In this document: positions 53,899 through 64,000 of the stretch, one piece after another
How the letters are laid out: every line of letters begins with the position of its first letter
How positions within the stretch are numbered: the stretch's first letter is position 1
NCBI RefSeq assembly: GCF_054482525.1
Contig: NZ_CM137006.1
Strand: one strand, 5' to 3'
Length of the DNA: 64,000 bases
The notes under the pieces: model-generated
Told to the model about the DNA's origin: nothing
Seen by the model: the letters and a program-made list of their open reading frames with translations, nothing else
Database searches by the model: none
Translations under genes and position numbers: made by a program

Positions 53899-54711
53899 AT
53901 GATCATTACACGAGCAGACCTGCGAGAATGGCGTATCGGAGCGGTGATGTATCGCTGGTTTCTGCGCCATTTCCCACGCGGCGGTAGTTATGCCGATATT
54001 CATCATGCACTGATTGAGGAAGGATATACGGACTGGGCGGAGAGTCTAGTTGAGTATGCGTGGAAAAAATGGCTGGCGGATGAAAACTTCGCGCATCAGG
54101 AAGTTTCTTCTATGCAAAAACTGGCCACAGATCCCGGAGAGAGACCATTTTGCAGTCAGTTTGCCCGCAGCGACGATCATGCTCGCATCGGCTGTTGTGA
54201 GGATAATGCCAGAATCGCAACTGCTGGGTATGCCGCGCAAATTGCCAGTATGGGTTATAGCGTGCGGATTGGAAGTGTCGGCTTTAACAGTCACATTGGC
54301 AGCTCCGGTGAACGCGCACGGGTTGCTGTAACCGGTAATTCTTCGCGGATAAGCAGCGCTGGAGATAGTAGTCGGATTGCGAATACCGGAATGCGAGTAC
54401 GCGTTTGTACATTGGGTGAACGGTGTCATGTCGCCAGTAATGGTGACCTGGTGCAAATCGCCAGCTTTGGCGCAAACGCCAGAATTGCCAACAGCGGCGA
54501 CAATGTACACATCATTGCCAGCGGTGAAGATTCAACAATAGTGAGCACGGGCGTGGTCGACTCAATTATTCTCGGGCCAGGGGGAAGCGCCGCACTGGCA
54601 TATCATGACGGCGAAAGAGTTCGCTTCGCCGTCGCCATTGAAGGTGAAAACAATATTCGAGCCGGAGTCCGCTATCGCCTTAATGAACAGCATCAGTTTG
54701 TTGAGTGCTGA
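53899..54711 (+). CDS. ydhT: Uncharacterised protein YdhT, 270 aa
   Basis: 270-aa ORF; last gene of the ydhYVWXUT operon. Confidence 0.85.
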   Translation: MIITRADLREWRIGAVMYRWFLRHFPRGGSYADIHHALIEEGYTDWAESLVEYAWKKWLADENFAHQEVSSMQKLATDPGERPFCSQFARSDDHARIGCCEDNARIATAGYAAQIASMGYSVRIGSVGFNSHIGSSGERARVAVTGNSSRISSAGDSSRIANTGMRVRVCTLGERCHVASNGDLVQIASFGANARIANSGDNVHIIASGEDSTIVSTGVVDSIILGPGGSAALAYHDGERVRFAVAIEGENNIRAGVRYRLNEQHQFVEC

Positions 54712-54716
54712 TAGCT

Positions 54717-56327
54717 TTACATTTGATTAAACGAAAGACGCTGACGAGCACGGGATGCAGGCTTTACGACCGCCTGAGCCATCGCCTCACCAATTTCTGC
54801 ACATGCCGTAAGTCCCTGAACGAAAGGCTGGTCGTGCATTAACCAGGGCAACGCGCCGAACGCTACGCGCCCACGAATATCTTCGGGTTGCTGTAACGTA
54901 TAATCTTCGCCAACATCAGGGATTTCATCCCCTGTTTTCTGTAATTGTTCGCGTAGTCCAGGGAAAGGAATATCTTTCACTTTAAGCGGACGCTGCCCAC
55001 GGGCATCAATAAAAACGTCAAACGAGTAGCTGTTGTCTTCCGTTTTCAGGACGGTGCGCGACTCATTAATTTCCATTTCGTAGTCTTCACCGAGGGCGAG
55101 AATATGAATGATTCCCGCTTCACGTAAGGCCAGCAGCCGACGAATAGACTCTGAAGGGATTGCTGCATAATTATCTATGAAAACTCGGGCAAGGCCTTTA
55201 CTGAACCGTTTATGGTCGTGTTCATTCAGATGAGGAACAATTTCCTGTACGGCTTCATGCAGGCGCAGAATGACATAACGCCAGGGAACAGTATGTTTTT
55301 CTCGTTTATTGCGTTCGACTTCCTGGAGATTTTTTTCTGCCCAGTCAAATGGGTCGCGTTGTTTGCGCTCGGCAAACCAGGCTTGAGCAAAGGAATCAAC
55401 ATTCAGGCTCTCTAAGGCTATGCGTTGGCTCCAGTCTGGATCAGCAAACTTGATTTCCTCTACTATCAATCTAAATACCCGATCCAAAAGGCCCTCTTCG
55501 CCTTTTTGAATCTCAGCATTTAATGCCTGATCAGTGACGATGTGTAAGGGCTCGTAGGGAATAGGGCAATAGAAATCGGCTTCGGGTAAAATACCCGTGC
55601 GCGACATTAACGTAATATTTAGCTTTTCACTTGCGTTATCGCGGTGAAAAACGACGTGTTGTTTATCATCTTCAATGAACGAACCATGCTGAATAGCCAC
55701 TGCCATTGCCGCATCCAGTCCGCTCAAGGATGTTCCCATAATACCCACGTTACACGCATCGACCTTTGCTTCCATCAGGCCTGACCACGGGCTGGGAAAA
55801 TACGTTCTGGTTGCTTCTTCTTCATCAGGCCAGACGTGACCCGTCGCGATCACTGCTAAATCAAACGTCTCGCTGGGTAAATCCTGATTTGTAGCGAGCA
55901 TGACGCCAGCATTTATAATTTGCAGATCGGTAACCTGGCATGATTCATAAACAGCCACTGCAAATTTTTGCTGTCGTGCCTGGTCTACTAATCGTAAAAA
56001 TTGATCGCGGAAATATTCGCCCAGCAGAATTCGCGGTAAAAACTGACGATCGTGCAAGGTTTCTTTTTTAACGCCATAACGCTGGAGATGGCTGGCTTCT
56101 TGCTTTTGTAGCCATTCGAGATACGTACAATAAATCGGCGGTATTTCAATACTGGCAATATTTGCCAGCATCAGTTTTGAGTTTTCCTCATCACTGTATG
56201 GCATCCCGACACCGGCTTCATCAGCCTGCTCGAAGATAGAAATAGAAAGTGGAGTTTGTTGCTGTAGAAGCGAGAATAAGGTGTAGATCCCCGTAGGCCC
56301 GGCACCCACAATAGCAATTTTTTTCAT
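54717..56327 (-). CDS. ydhS: FAD/NAD(P)-binding domain protein YdhS
   Basis: N-terminal GAGPTG dinucleotide-binding motif; synteny. Confidence 0.88.
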   Translation of the reverse strand: MKKIAIVGAGPTGIYTLFSLLQQQTPLSISIFEQADEAGVGMPYSDEENSKLMLANIASIEIPPIYCTYLEWLQKQEASHLQRYGVKKETLHDRQFLPRILLGEYFRDQFLRLVDQARQQKFAVAVYESCQVTDLQIINAGVMLATNQDLPSETFDLAVIATGHVWPDEEEATRTYFPSPWSGLMEAKVDACNVGIMGTSLSGLDAAMAVAIQHGSFIEDDKQHVVFHRDNASEKLNITLMSRTGILPEADFYCPIPYEPLHIVTDQALNAEIQKGEEGLLDRVFRLIVEEIKFADPDWSQRIALESLNVDSFAQAWFAERKQRDPFDWAEKNLQEVERNKREKHTVPWRYVILRLHEAVQEIVPHLNEHDHKRFSKGLARVFIDNYAAIPSESIRRLLALREAGIIHILALGEDYEMEINESRTVLKTEDNSYSFDVFIDARGQRPLKVKDIPFPGLREQLQKTGDEIPDVGEDYTLQQPEDIRGRVAFGALPWLMHDQPFVQGLTACAEIGEAMAQAVVKPASRARQRLSFNQM

Positions 56328-56452
56328 TGTTACTTACCTGTACGCATTCTTTCGAATTTAGTGTTATCAGATAAGTTTGGTTGAGATTTTTAGAATTTGA
56401 GAAATTTCAGACAGGGATGAAAAGGGCGCTAACCGCCCTTGATTAAATTCTG

Positions 56453-56758
56453 TCAGGCGAGTTTTGCCTCATTGATTTGACTCAGTGGCTCATTGACATC
56501 GAAAACTTTGGCGACAACTTCCTCAACGCCGAGATTTTTCAGTCGGGCAGTATGTTTTTCCAGATAGGCAAGGGCGCTTTTTTCATCAGTGAAAAGGTAG
56601 ATCCCACCGGCTTCGTGGTTCTTTTCACTTTCTGTCCATACCTTCCACAGAAAACCAGGTTCCTGATTAATCGACTCAGCAAGTGGTTTAAGCTGCTCAG
56701 CCATTGCGTCGCCAAATGGGCCATTAAAAGCAAAATGAAGTTGTAACAAAGTTGCCAT
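56453..56758 (-). CDS. ydhR: Putative monooxygenase-like protein YdhR, 101 aa
   Basis: 101-aa ORF; synteny. Confidence 0.85.
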   Translation of the reverse strand: MATLLQLHFAFNGPFGDAMAEQLKPLAESINQEPGFLWKVWTESEKNHEAGGIYLFTDEKSALAYLEKHTARLKNLGVEEVVAKVFDVNEPLSQINEAKLA

Positions 56759-56866
56759 AGCGATTCTCCTTCTGATAACGCATACGAAGACAGTGTAAAT
56801 CTTTTAACGTATTGGATACAGAGAAGAAACAGAGGGAAAAAAGGAGAAGACCAGATTAAGAAAATC

Positions 56867-56943
56867 TGGTGCGTCCGAGTGGACTCGAACCACCGACCCC
56901 CACCATGTCAAGGTGGTGCTCTAACCAACTGAGCTACGGACGC
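56867..56943 (-). tRNA. valV: tRNA-Val (GAC)
   Basis: Reverse complement reads GCGTCCGTAGCTCAGTTGGTTAGAGCACCACCTTGACATGGTGGGGGTCGGTGGTTCGAGTCCACTCGGACGCACCA, a cloverleaf with anticodon GAC and encoded CCA. Confidence 0.95.
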
Positions 56944-56947
56944 AGGA

Positions 56948-57024
56948 TGGTGCGTTCAATTGGACTCGAACCAACGACCCCCACCATGTCAAGGTGGTGC
57001 TCTAACCAACTGAGCTATGAACGC
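56948..57024 (-). tRNA. valW: tRNA-Val (GAC), second tandem copy
   Basis: Reverse complement reads GCGTTCATAGCTCAGTTGGTTAGAGCACCACCTTGACATGGTGGGGGTCGTTGGTTCGAGTCCAATTGAACGCACCA. Confidence 0.95.
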
Positions 57025-57332
57025 AACGTTGTAGGTGACAACGGGGACGAATATTAGCGGCAGAGTGGGAAGGTGGCAAGAGGCAAAACGTAATTTTCTG
57101 CGGTATTTCGACCGTTTGCAGAGCTTTTAAGCAAATTGGCTATATTTTGTTGATTTGCAAGGGCGATTTTTATTCAGGATCGCATTTACATCTGACACAA
57201 CCCAATAATCTGTGTATCAGAGTTTAAACAGAGTTGTTTGCCACCATCTCAAAATCTGTCGTGGATAAATCCTCCGTAGCCTTTACACTTAAGTAGCAAT
57301 AAAGGCACACAGATGCAGCAAAGGAATAAATC

Positions 57333-58589
57333 ATGGGATCTGATGCGAAAAACTTGATGAGCGACGGGAACGTGCAAATTGTTAAGACCGGCGAGGTCAT
57401 TGGCGCGACGCAACTTACTGAAGGTGAGTTAATTGTTGAAGCTGGCGCAAGAGCCGAAAATACCGTGGTCATGGGGGCCGGTTGGTTGAAAGTGGCAACT
57501 GGTGGGATCGCCAAATGCACACAGTACGGTAACAATGGCACGCTATCGGTCAGTGACGGTGCCATTGCCACAGATATTGTTCAGTCAGAGGGAGGCGCAA
57601 TTAGTCTCTCTACGCTCGCTACGGTTAATGGCCGCCATCCCGAAGGTGAATTCAGCGTTGATCAGGGTTATGCCTGCGGTTTGTTGCTGGAAAATGGCGG
57701 TAACCTGCGTGTACTGGAAGGACATCGCGCGGAAAAAATCATTCTCGATCAAGAGGGCGGCCTGTTGGTTAATGGGACAACCTCAGCGGTCGTGGTAGAT
57801 GAAGGTGGTGAATTGTTGGTGTATCCAGGTGGGGACGCCAGCAATTGTGAGATTAATCAGGGCGGCGTTTTTATGCTGGCGGGGAAAGCCAGTGATACAT
57901 TGCTTGCTGGTGGCACCATGAATAATCTCGGTGGTGAAGACTCTGACACTATTGTTGAGAATGGATCCACTTATCGTCTGGGGACGGATGGTCTTCAGCT
58001 CTACAGTTCCGGTAAGACGCAAAACCTGTCCGTTAATGTGGGTGGTCGGGCTGAAGTGCATGCCGGTACGCTGGAAAATGCGGTAATACAAGGTGGGACA
58101 GTCATCCTGTTGTCACCCACCAGCGCGGACGAAAATTTTGTCGTAGAGGAAGATCGCGCACCGGTTGAACTGACCGGTAGTGTTGCATTACTGGACGGCG
58201 CTTCAATGATTATTGGCTATGGCGCAGATCTGCAACAATCAACGATTACTGTACAGCAGGGCGGTGTATTGATTCTCGACGGCAGTACGGTAAAAGGTGA
58301 CAGTGTCACTTTCAGTGTTGGTAGCATCAATCTAAATGGCGGAAAACTGTGGCTAATCACTGGTGCGGCAACGCATGTGCAACTGAAAGTGAAACGCCTG
58401 CGCGGAGAGGGAGCGATTTGCCTGCAAACCAGTGCGAAAGAAATTTCACCTGACTTCATCAATGTGAAAGGGGAAGTTACTGGTGATATACACGTTGAGA
58501 TAACAGATGCCAGTCGGCAAACTCTGTGTAACGCACTGAAACTACAGCCAGACGAAGACGGGATTGGCGCAACGCTCCAGCCTGCGTAA
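57333..58589 (+). CDS. ydhQ: Autotransporter-adhesin-related repeat protein YdhQ, 418 aa
   Basis: 418-aa Gly-rich repeat protein; synteny. Confidence 0.85.
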   Translation: MGSDAKNLMSDGNVQIVKTGEVIGATQLTEGELIVEAGARAENTVVMGAGWLKVATGGIAKCTQYGNNGTLSVSDGAIATDIVQSEGGAISLSTLATVNGRHPEGEFSVDQGYACGLLLENGGNLRVLEGHRAEKIILDQEGGLLVNGTTSAVVVDEGGELLVYPGGDASNCEINQGGVFMLAGKASDTLLAGGTMNNLGGEDSDTIVENGSTYRLGTDGLQLYSSGKTQNLSVNVGGRAEVHAGTLENAVIQGGTVILLSPTSADENFVVEEDRAPVELTGSVALLDGASMIIGYGADLQQSTITVQQGGVLILDGSTVKGDSVTFSVGSINLNGGKLWLITGAATHVQLKVKRLRGEGAICLQTSAKEISPDFINVKGEVTGDIHVEITDASRQTLCNALKLQPDEDGIGATLQPA

Positions 58590-58629
58590 AAACACAGGCG
58601 CGACCCGTGAAGGTTGCGCCTTGTCTTTA

Positions 58630-60024
<1,395 letters not shown>

Positions 60025-60217
60025 TTATATGAGAGACTAAAAAGCCGCCTGAATGGGCAGCAAAAAGAAGAAGCAGGGGAAATTCAGTCTATTGTAGCGA
60101 GGATTTATTAATTCTCCAGTGAAAAAATAGTCATTCTTACCCCTTCACTGGTAAGGGCGTTTTCCACCTGCTATTGTGCTGAACAGAATGTCTTAACTGA
60201 TTTCAGGAGTTGTAAGT

Positions 60218-60859
60218 ATGTTTACGGGGATTGTACAGGGCACCGCAAAACTGGTGTCAATTGACGAGAAACCAAATTTTCGCACGCATGTGGTGGAGTT
60301 ACCCGACCACATGCTGGACGGCCTGGAAACCGGTGCGTCCGTGGCGCATAACGGTTGCTGCCTGACCGTAACGGAAATTAACGGCAACCATGTCAGTTTT
60401 GACCTGATGAAAGAAACGTTACGCATTACCAATCTTGGCGATTTAAAAGTGGGGGATTGGGTAAACGTTGAGCGTGCGGCGAAATTCAGCGATGAAATTG
60501 GCGGACACTTAATGTCAGGTCATATTATGACCACCGCTGAAGTCGCGAAAATATTAACCTCGGAAAATAATCGCCAGATCTGGTTTAAAGTCCAGGATAG
60601 TCAGTTGATGAAATATATCTTGTACAAAGGATTTATTGGCATCGACGGTATTAGCCTGACCGTCGGCGAAGTCACGCCAACGCGTTTTTGCGTCCATTTA
60701 ATTCCGGAAACACTGGAACGCACGACTCTTGGGAAGAAAAAACTTGGCGCACGCGTCAACATTGAAATCGATCCACAAACTCAGGCAGTGGTAGATACGG
60801 TAGAACGAGTGCTGGCGGCACGAGAAAATGCCATGAATCAACCAGGTACAGAAGCCTGA
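60218..60859 (+). CDS. ribC: Riboflavin synthase (alpha subunit), 213 aa
   Basis: 213-aa [24 protein letters not shown] with internal duplication typical of riboflavin synthase. Confidence 0.93.
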   Translation: MFTGIVQGTAKLVSIDEKPNFRTHVVELPDHMLDGLETGASVAHNGCCLTVTEINGNHVSFDLMKETLRITNLGDLKVGDWVNVERAAKFSDEIGGHLMSGHIMTTAEVAKILTSENNRQIWFKVQDSQLMKYILYKGFIGIDGISLTVGEVTPTRFCVHLIPETLERTTLGKKKLGARVNIEIDPQTQAVVDTVERVLAARENAMNQPGTEA

Positions 60860-60898
60860 TCTGAAATCGCCCCCGGAGAGGGGGCGATAGAATAGCCT

Positions 60899-62047
60899 TT
60901 AGCGAGCCACTCGAAGGCCGTTTTCAACACCGCGTGAGAACACGACCTGCCAGAGCTGAATATCACGGGCGCGGAAAGCACCTGCACAGGCATTCAGATA
61001 ATAGGTAAACATTCGTTTAAAGCGTTCACTGTAGTTATCCGCAATTTCTGGCCATGCGGCGAGGAATCGTTCATACCACGCCATCAACGTAGTATCGTAA
61101 TCAGCACCGAAGTTATGCCAGTCTTCCATCACAAAGTGGGGTTCGCTGGACTGAGCAATCTGGCGTACAGAGGGCAGGCAACCGTTCGGAAAAATATATT
61201 TATTAATCCAGGGATCAACATTCAGATCGGTTTTTTTCGAACCGATAGTATGGAGCAGGAATATGCCTTCCGGTTTCAAATTACGATCCACCACCGCAAA
61301 ATAGGTATCGTAATTTTTCGGTCCGACGTGCTCGAACATCCCCACAGAAACAATACGATCAAACTGGTCGTTCATGTCACGATAATCTTGCAGCAAAATG
61401 GTGACATCCAGGCCTTCACAGCGTTCCTGAGCCATTTTTTGCTGTTCGGCAGAAATGGTGACGCCAACCACGCTTACGTCATAATTAGATGCCATGTAGT
61501 GCGCCAGTCCGCCCCAGCCGCAGCCAATATCCAGTACGCGCATCCCTGGTTTTAACTGCAATTTTTCACAAATCATTTTGAGCTTCGCCTGCTGGGCAGA
61601 TTCCAGATTATCGGCATCTTTCCAGTAAGCGCAGGAATATTGCATGAAGGGATCAAGCATGCGGCTGAACAAGTCATTACCCAAATCGTAATGCTCTTTG
61701 CCGACTATCCAGGCACGTTTTTTACTCTGAAGATTGAAGAGACGAGCGCCGACAATACGCAGCGTGTCTTTGAAATGATGGGGGAGTTGGTTCTCGAGAC
61801 CTGCGCGTAAGACTTTGCTAAAAAACATATCCAGTCGGTCACATTCCCACCAGCCATCCATATAACTTTCGCCTAACCCCAAAGAGCCTTCCTGCAGAAC
61901 GCGTTTAAAAAAATCGGGGTTTTTCACACGAATATCCGCCGGGGCAGAACCGTTAATGGCTATACCGGCACGGCTAAGTAATTCGTTGGCGATACGGTAC
62001 CAGTTGTCATCCGGTACACTGACTTCTTCTATACACGATGAACTCAT
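60899..62047 (-). CDS. cfa: Cyclopropane-fatty-acyl-phospholipid synthase Cfa, 382 aa
   Basis: 382-aa ORF with SAM-dependent methyltransferase motif VLDIGCGWGG. Confidence 0.95.
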   Translation of the reverse strand: MSSSCIEEVSVPDDNWYRIANELLSRAGIAINGSAPADIRVKNPDFFKRVLQEGSLGLGESYMDGWWECDRLDMFFSKVLRAGLENQLPHHFKDTLRIVGARLFNLQSKKRAWIVGKEHYDLGNDLFSRMLDPFMQYSCAYWKDADNLESAQQAKLKMICEKLQLKPGMRVLDIGCGWGGLAHYMASNYDVSVVGVTISAEQQKMAQERCEGLDVTILLQDYRDMNDQFDRIVSVGMFEHVGPKNYDTYFAVVDRNLKPEGIFLLHTIGSKKTDLNVDPWINKYIFPNGCLPSVRQIAQSSEPHFVMEDWHNFGADYDTTLMAWYERFLAAWPEIADNYSERFKRMFTYYLNACAGAFRARDIQLWQVVFSRGVENGLRVAR

Positions 62048-62337
62048 AGTTTCTCCATCACTGGTCGGTGATCAGAACCTTAAAACAGCGTAGACGCTTT
62101 TTGGGCTTTGTGAGAAATCTCGCAGAAAAAACCGCGAGTCTATAATCCGACGTAGAACAGAGGGAAAGGAGGAACCCTTGCCGAAATGACCATCCATAGT
62201 GAGTCGGGAACGATCCTGTCCCCGTAAAAACATAATATTTATCGTAGCTTTAACAACTCGAAATTAGTATAGGCCGCTAATTTCAATCATACAACAAAAT
62301 TTTGTTAGCAGCCTAAGTATAAGTATATCGATATAGA

Positions 62338-63549
62338 TCAGTGTGATTCGCTATGAGCGACTTCGGCATTGCCATGATTCTGACAGTCTACTTCTTCACA
62401 ACGTTGCATCATGTAACCCAGAGCGACCAGCACTACTGTTGATAACATCACGCTGGTGGTGGTGAGCAATGGCGTGCTGATACTGATAAGCCAGGAAACT
62501 ACCAGACTTGCGAGGAAGCACAGACCCAGTTGTAGAGTGTTCTGCAACGCTGCGGCGCGACCAGTTGCATGTGGGAAGGGACGCAGCGCCTGGGCGACAA
62601 CAATCGGGTAGATCGCGCCATTGGCAATCGCCATCACACAGAATGGGATCAGGATTTCGACTAGCGACACATGGCTAATGAAGCCCGCAGCCCAGGTCGC
62701 AATGACGCTGACAGCAAACAGTACCAGCAACCACGGTAATAACTGCTTGCCTTGCCATTTCTGCAGTGCGGCGCGACAGCCATAACCACCAATCAGAAAC
62801 GCGATAGTTTGCGGGACATAACTTAAACCAATAACTGCCGGGCTGTAGCCCATTTCACTAAGGATGAACGGTGAGCCGGTCAGCCATGCAAAAAAACTGG
62901 CTGAACAGGCCGCATATATCAGCACGTTGCCGCGATAGGTTTTAGAACGTAGCAGGTCGGTAAAGGTCAGACCATCCTGACTATTGTTACGGGCCTTCGT
63001 CGTGGGTTTGAGCCAGAAAATAGGCAGAATCAGCACCACGGTAATGGCAAACAGGGTGGCGAAAATCGCCTGCCAGGAAAAATGGACCAGCAGCCAGCTT
63101 CCTAACAGAGGAGCCAGTGCTGGAGATAGACCCACCAGCGGCATGATGGTCGCAAAAATACGGTTAACTTTCTGTGAAGGATAATAATCCGTCACTAACG
63201 CTTGCCAGATAACCGCCGCGGCGCAGACACCCACAGCCTGTACAAAACGCAATACCAACAGCGTAGCGGCGTTTTCTACCCACAGCATCCCCAGACTACC
63301 TAACGCAAAAATTGTCAGGCCGATTAATAATACCGGTTTACGACCATAACGGTCGGAGAGCGGCCCCCACAGAAGCTGGGCTGCGGCAAAACCGGCAAGG
63401 AACAGACTAAGGCTGGCACTGACAGCAGACGCAGGCGTTTGCAGGTCGGCCTGTATGGCGGCGAAAGCAGGCAGATACATATCGGTTGCCAGAAAACCGA
63501 GTACGCTCAAACCCGCCAGCCAGACTAAAAATCTTTTCCCAGGTTGCAT
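62338..63549 (-). CDS. ydhC: MFS transporter YdhC (PunC), 403 aa
   Basis: 403-aa 12-TM ORF; synteny. Confidence 0.88.
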   Translation of the reverse strand: MQPGKRFLVWLAGLSVLGFLATDMYLPAFAAIQADLQTPASAVSASLSLFLAGFAAAQLLWGPLSDRYGRKPVLLIGLTIFALGSLGMLWVENAATLLVLRFVQAVGVCAAAVIWQALVTDYYPSQKVNRIFATIMPLVGLSPALAPLLGSWLLVHFSWQAIFATLFAITVVLILPIFWLKPTTKARNNSQDGLTFTDLLRSKTYRGNVLIYAACSASFFAWLTGSPFILSEMGYSPAVIGLSYVPQTIAFLIGGYGCRAALQKWQGKQLLPWLLVLFAVSVIATWAAGFISHVSLVEILIPFCVMAIANGAIYPIVVAQALRPFPHATGRAAALQNTLQLGLCFLASLVVSWLISISTPLLTTTSVMLSTVVLVALGYMMQRCEEVDCQNHGNAEVAHSESH

Positions 63550-63661
63550 GTATATTCTCTAAATCTCTCAATTAAACACCGCCGCAAAGTGTAGGGAGTG
63601 AAATTAGTGTTGTGAAACGGTAATATTTGATGACTGGTTTCAAAAATTTTGCAGGCAGACT

Positions 63662-64000
63662 ATGTGGTCAGAATATTCACTCGAAGTTGTTGATGCGGTA
63701 GCGCGTAATGGTAGTTTTAGCGCTGCGGCACAGGAGTTGCATCGCGTTCCTTCTGCGGTCAGCTATACCGTGCGTCAGCTGGAAGAGTGGCTGGCGGTGC
63801 CGCTGTTTGAACGACGTCACCGTGATGTGGAACTGACCGCTGCCGGGGCGTGGTTTCTCAAAGAAGGGCGCTCTGTTGTCAAAAAAATGCAGATCACCCG
63901 GCAGCAATGTCAGCAGATAGCGAACGGCTGGCGCGGTCAGTTAGCTATCGCAGTGGATAATATTGTCAGGCCAGAACGTACACGGCAGATGATCGTTGAT
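63662..64000 (+). CDS. ydhB: LysR-family transcriptional regulator YdhB (PunR), 3'-truncated by window edge
   Basis: ATG at 63662; MWSEYSLEVVDAVARNGSFSAAAQELHRVPSAVSYTVRQLEEWL is a LysR-type HTH; divergent from ydhC; no stop in window. Confidence 0.8.
   Translation, partial: MWSEYSLEVVDAVARNGSFSAAAQELHRVPSAVSYTVRQLEEWLAVPLFERRHRDVELTAAGAWFLKEGRSVVKKMQITRQQCQQIANGWRGQLAIAVDNIVRPERTRQMIVD

Noticed and set aside
56867-57024. Tandem tRNA-Val genes as a possible second integration hotspot
   Set aside because: Both tRNAs are intact with normal flanks (ydhR and ydhQ) and there is no duplicated 3' end or foreign DNA next to them

Overview
This window reads as an Escherichia coli-type chromosomal segment: the ydiV-selO-hemP-aroH-ppsR-ppsA-fadK-ydiTSRQ-ydiP-ydiO-ydiF-aroD-ydiB-ydiNML / ydiK-ydiJ-menI-ydiH-sufABCDSE-ldtE-lpp-pykF-ydhZ-ydhYVWXUT-ydhSR-valVW-ydhQ-mdtK-ribC-cfa-ydhC-ydhB region, in reverse orientation to the usual K-12 map. 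Gene identities come from my recognition of the translated ORFs, their lengths and their synteny; no database search was run. The core genes are ordinary. The exception is an ~11.6 kb AT-rich insertion (about 21408-32978) sitting exactly at the 3' end of the small-RNA gene rprA, between rprA and ydiL, and bounded by 70-bp direct repeats that duplicate the rprA 3' end and terminator. Just inside each boundary are three tandem ~11-bp CACACAAA-type repeats, which look like integrase arm sites. The island carries what looks like a decayed integration/replication module (an integrase N-terminal fragment, a primase Zn-ribbon fragment, a RecA-like Rep ATPase, an AlpA-like gene and a second AlpA-like fragment, and a 12-bp iteron array) plus a Ner-like regulator. 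Its cargo is a 383-aa protein with a C-terminal HEPN-like R-x4-H-G motif (candidate abortive-infection effector), a ribbon-helix-helix regulator divergent from a two-gene operon ending in a lipoprotein, a run of small proteins including two paralogs, an orphan lambda-gpH-like tape-measure homolog with no other tail genes, and a membrane-anchored protein. A 46-bp direct repeat brackets a 4.2 kb cargo block. I read this as a degraded satellite-like or integrative element that uses an sRNA gene as its attachment site; functions of the cargo genes are inference from motifs only.
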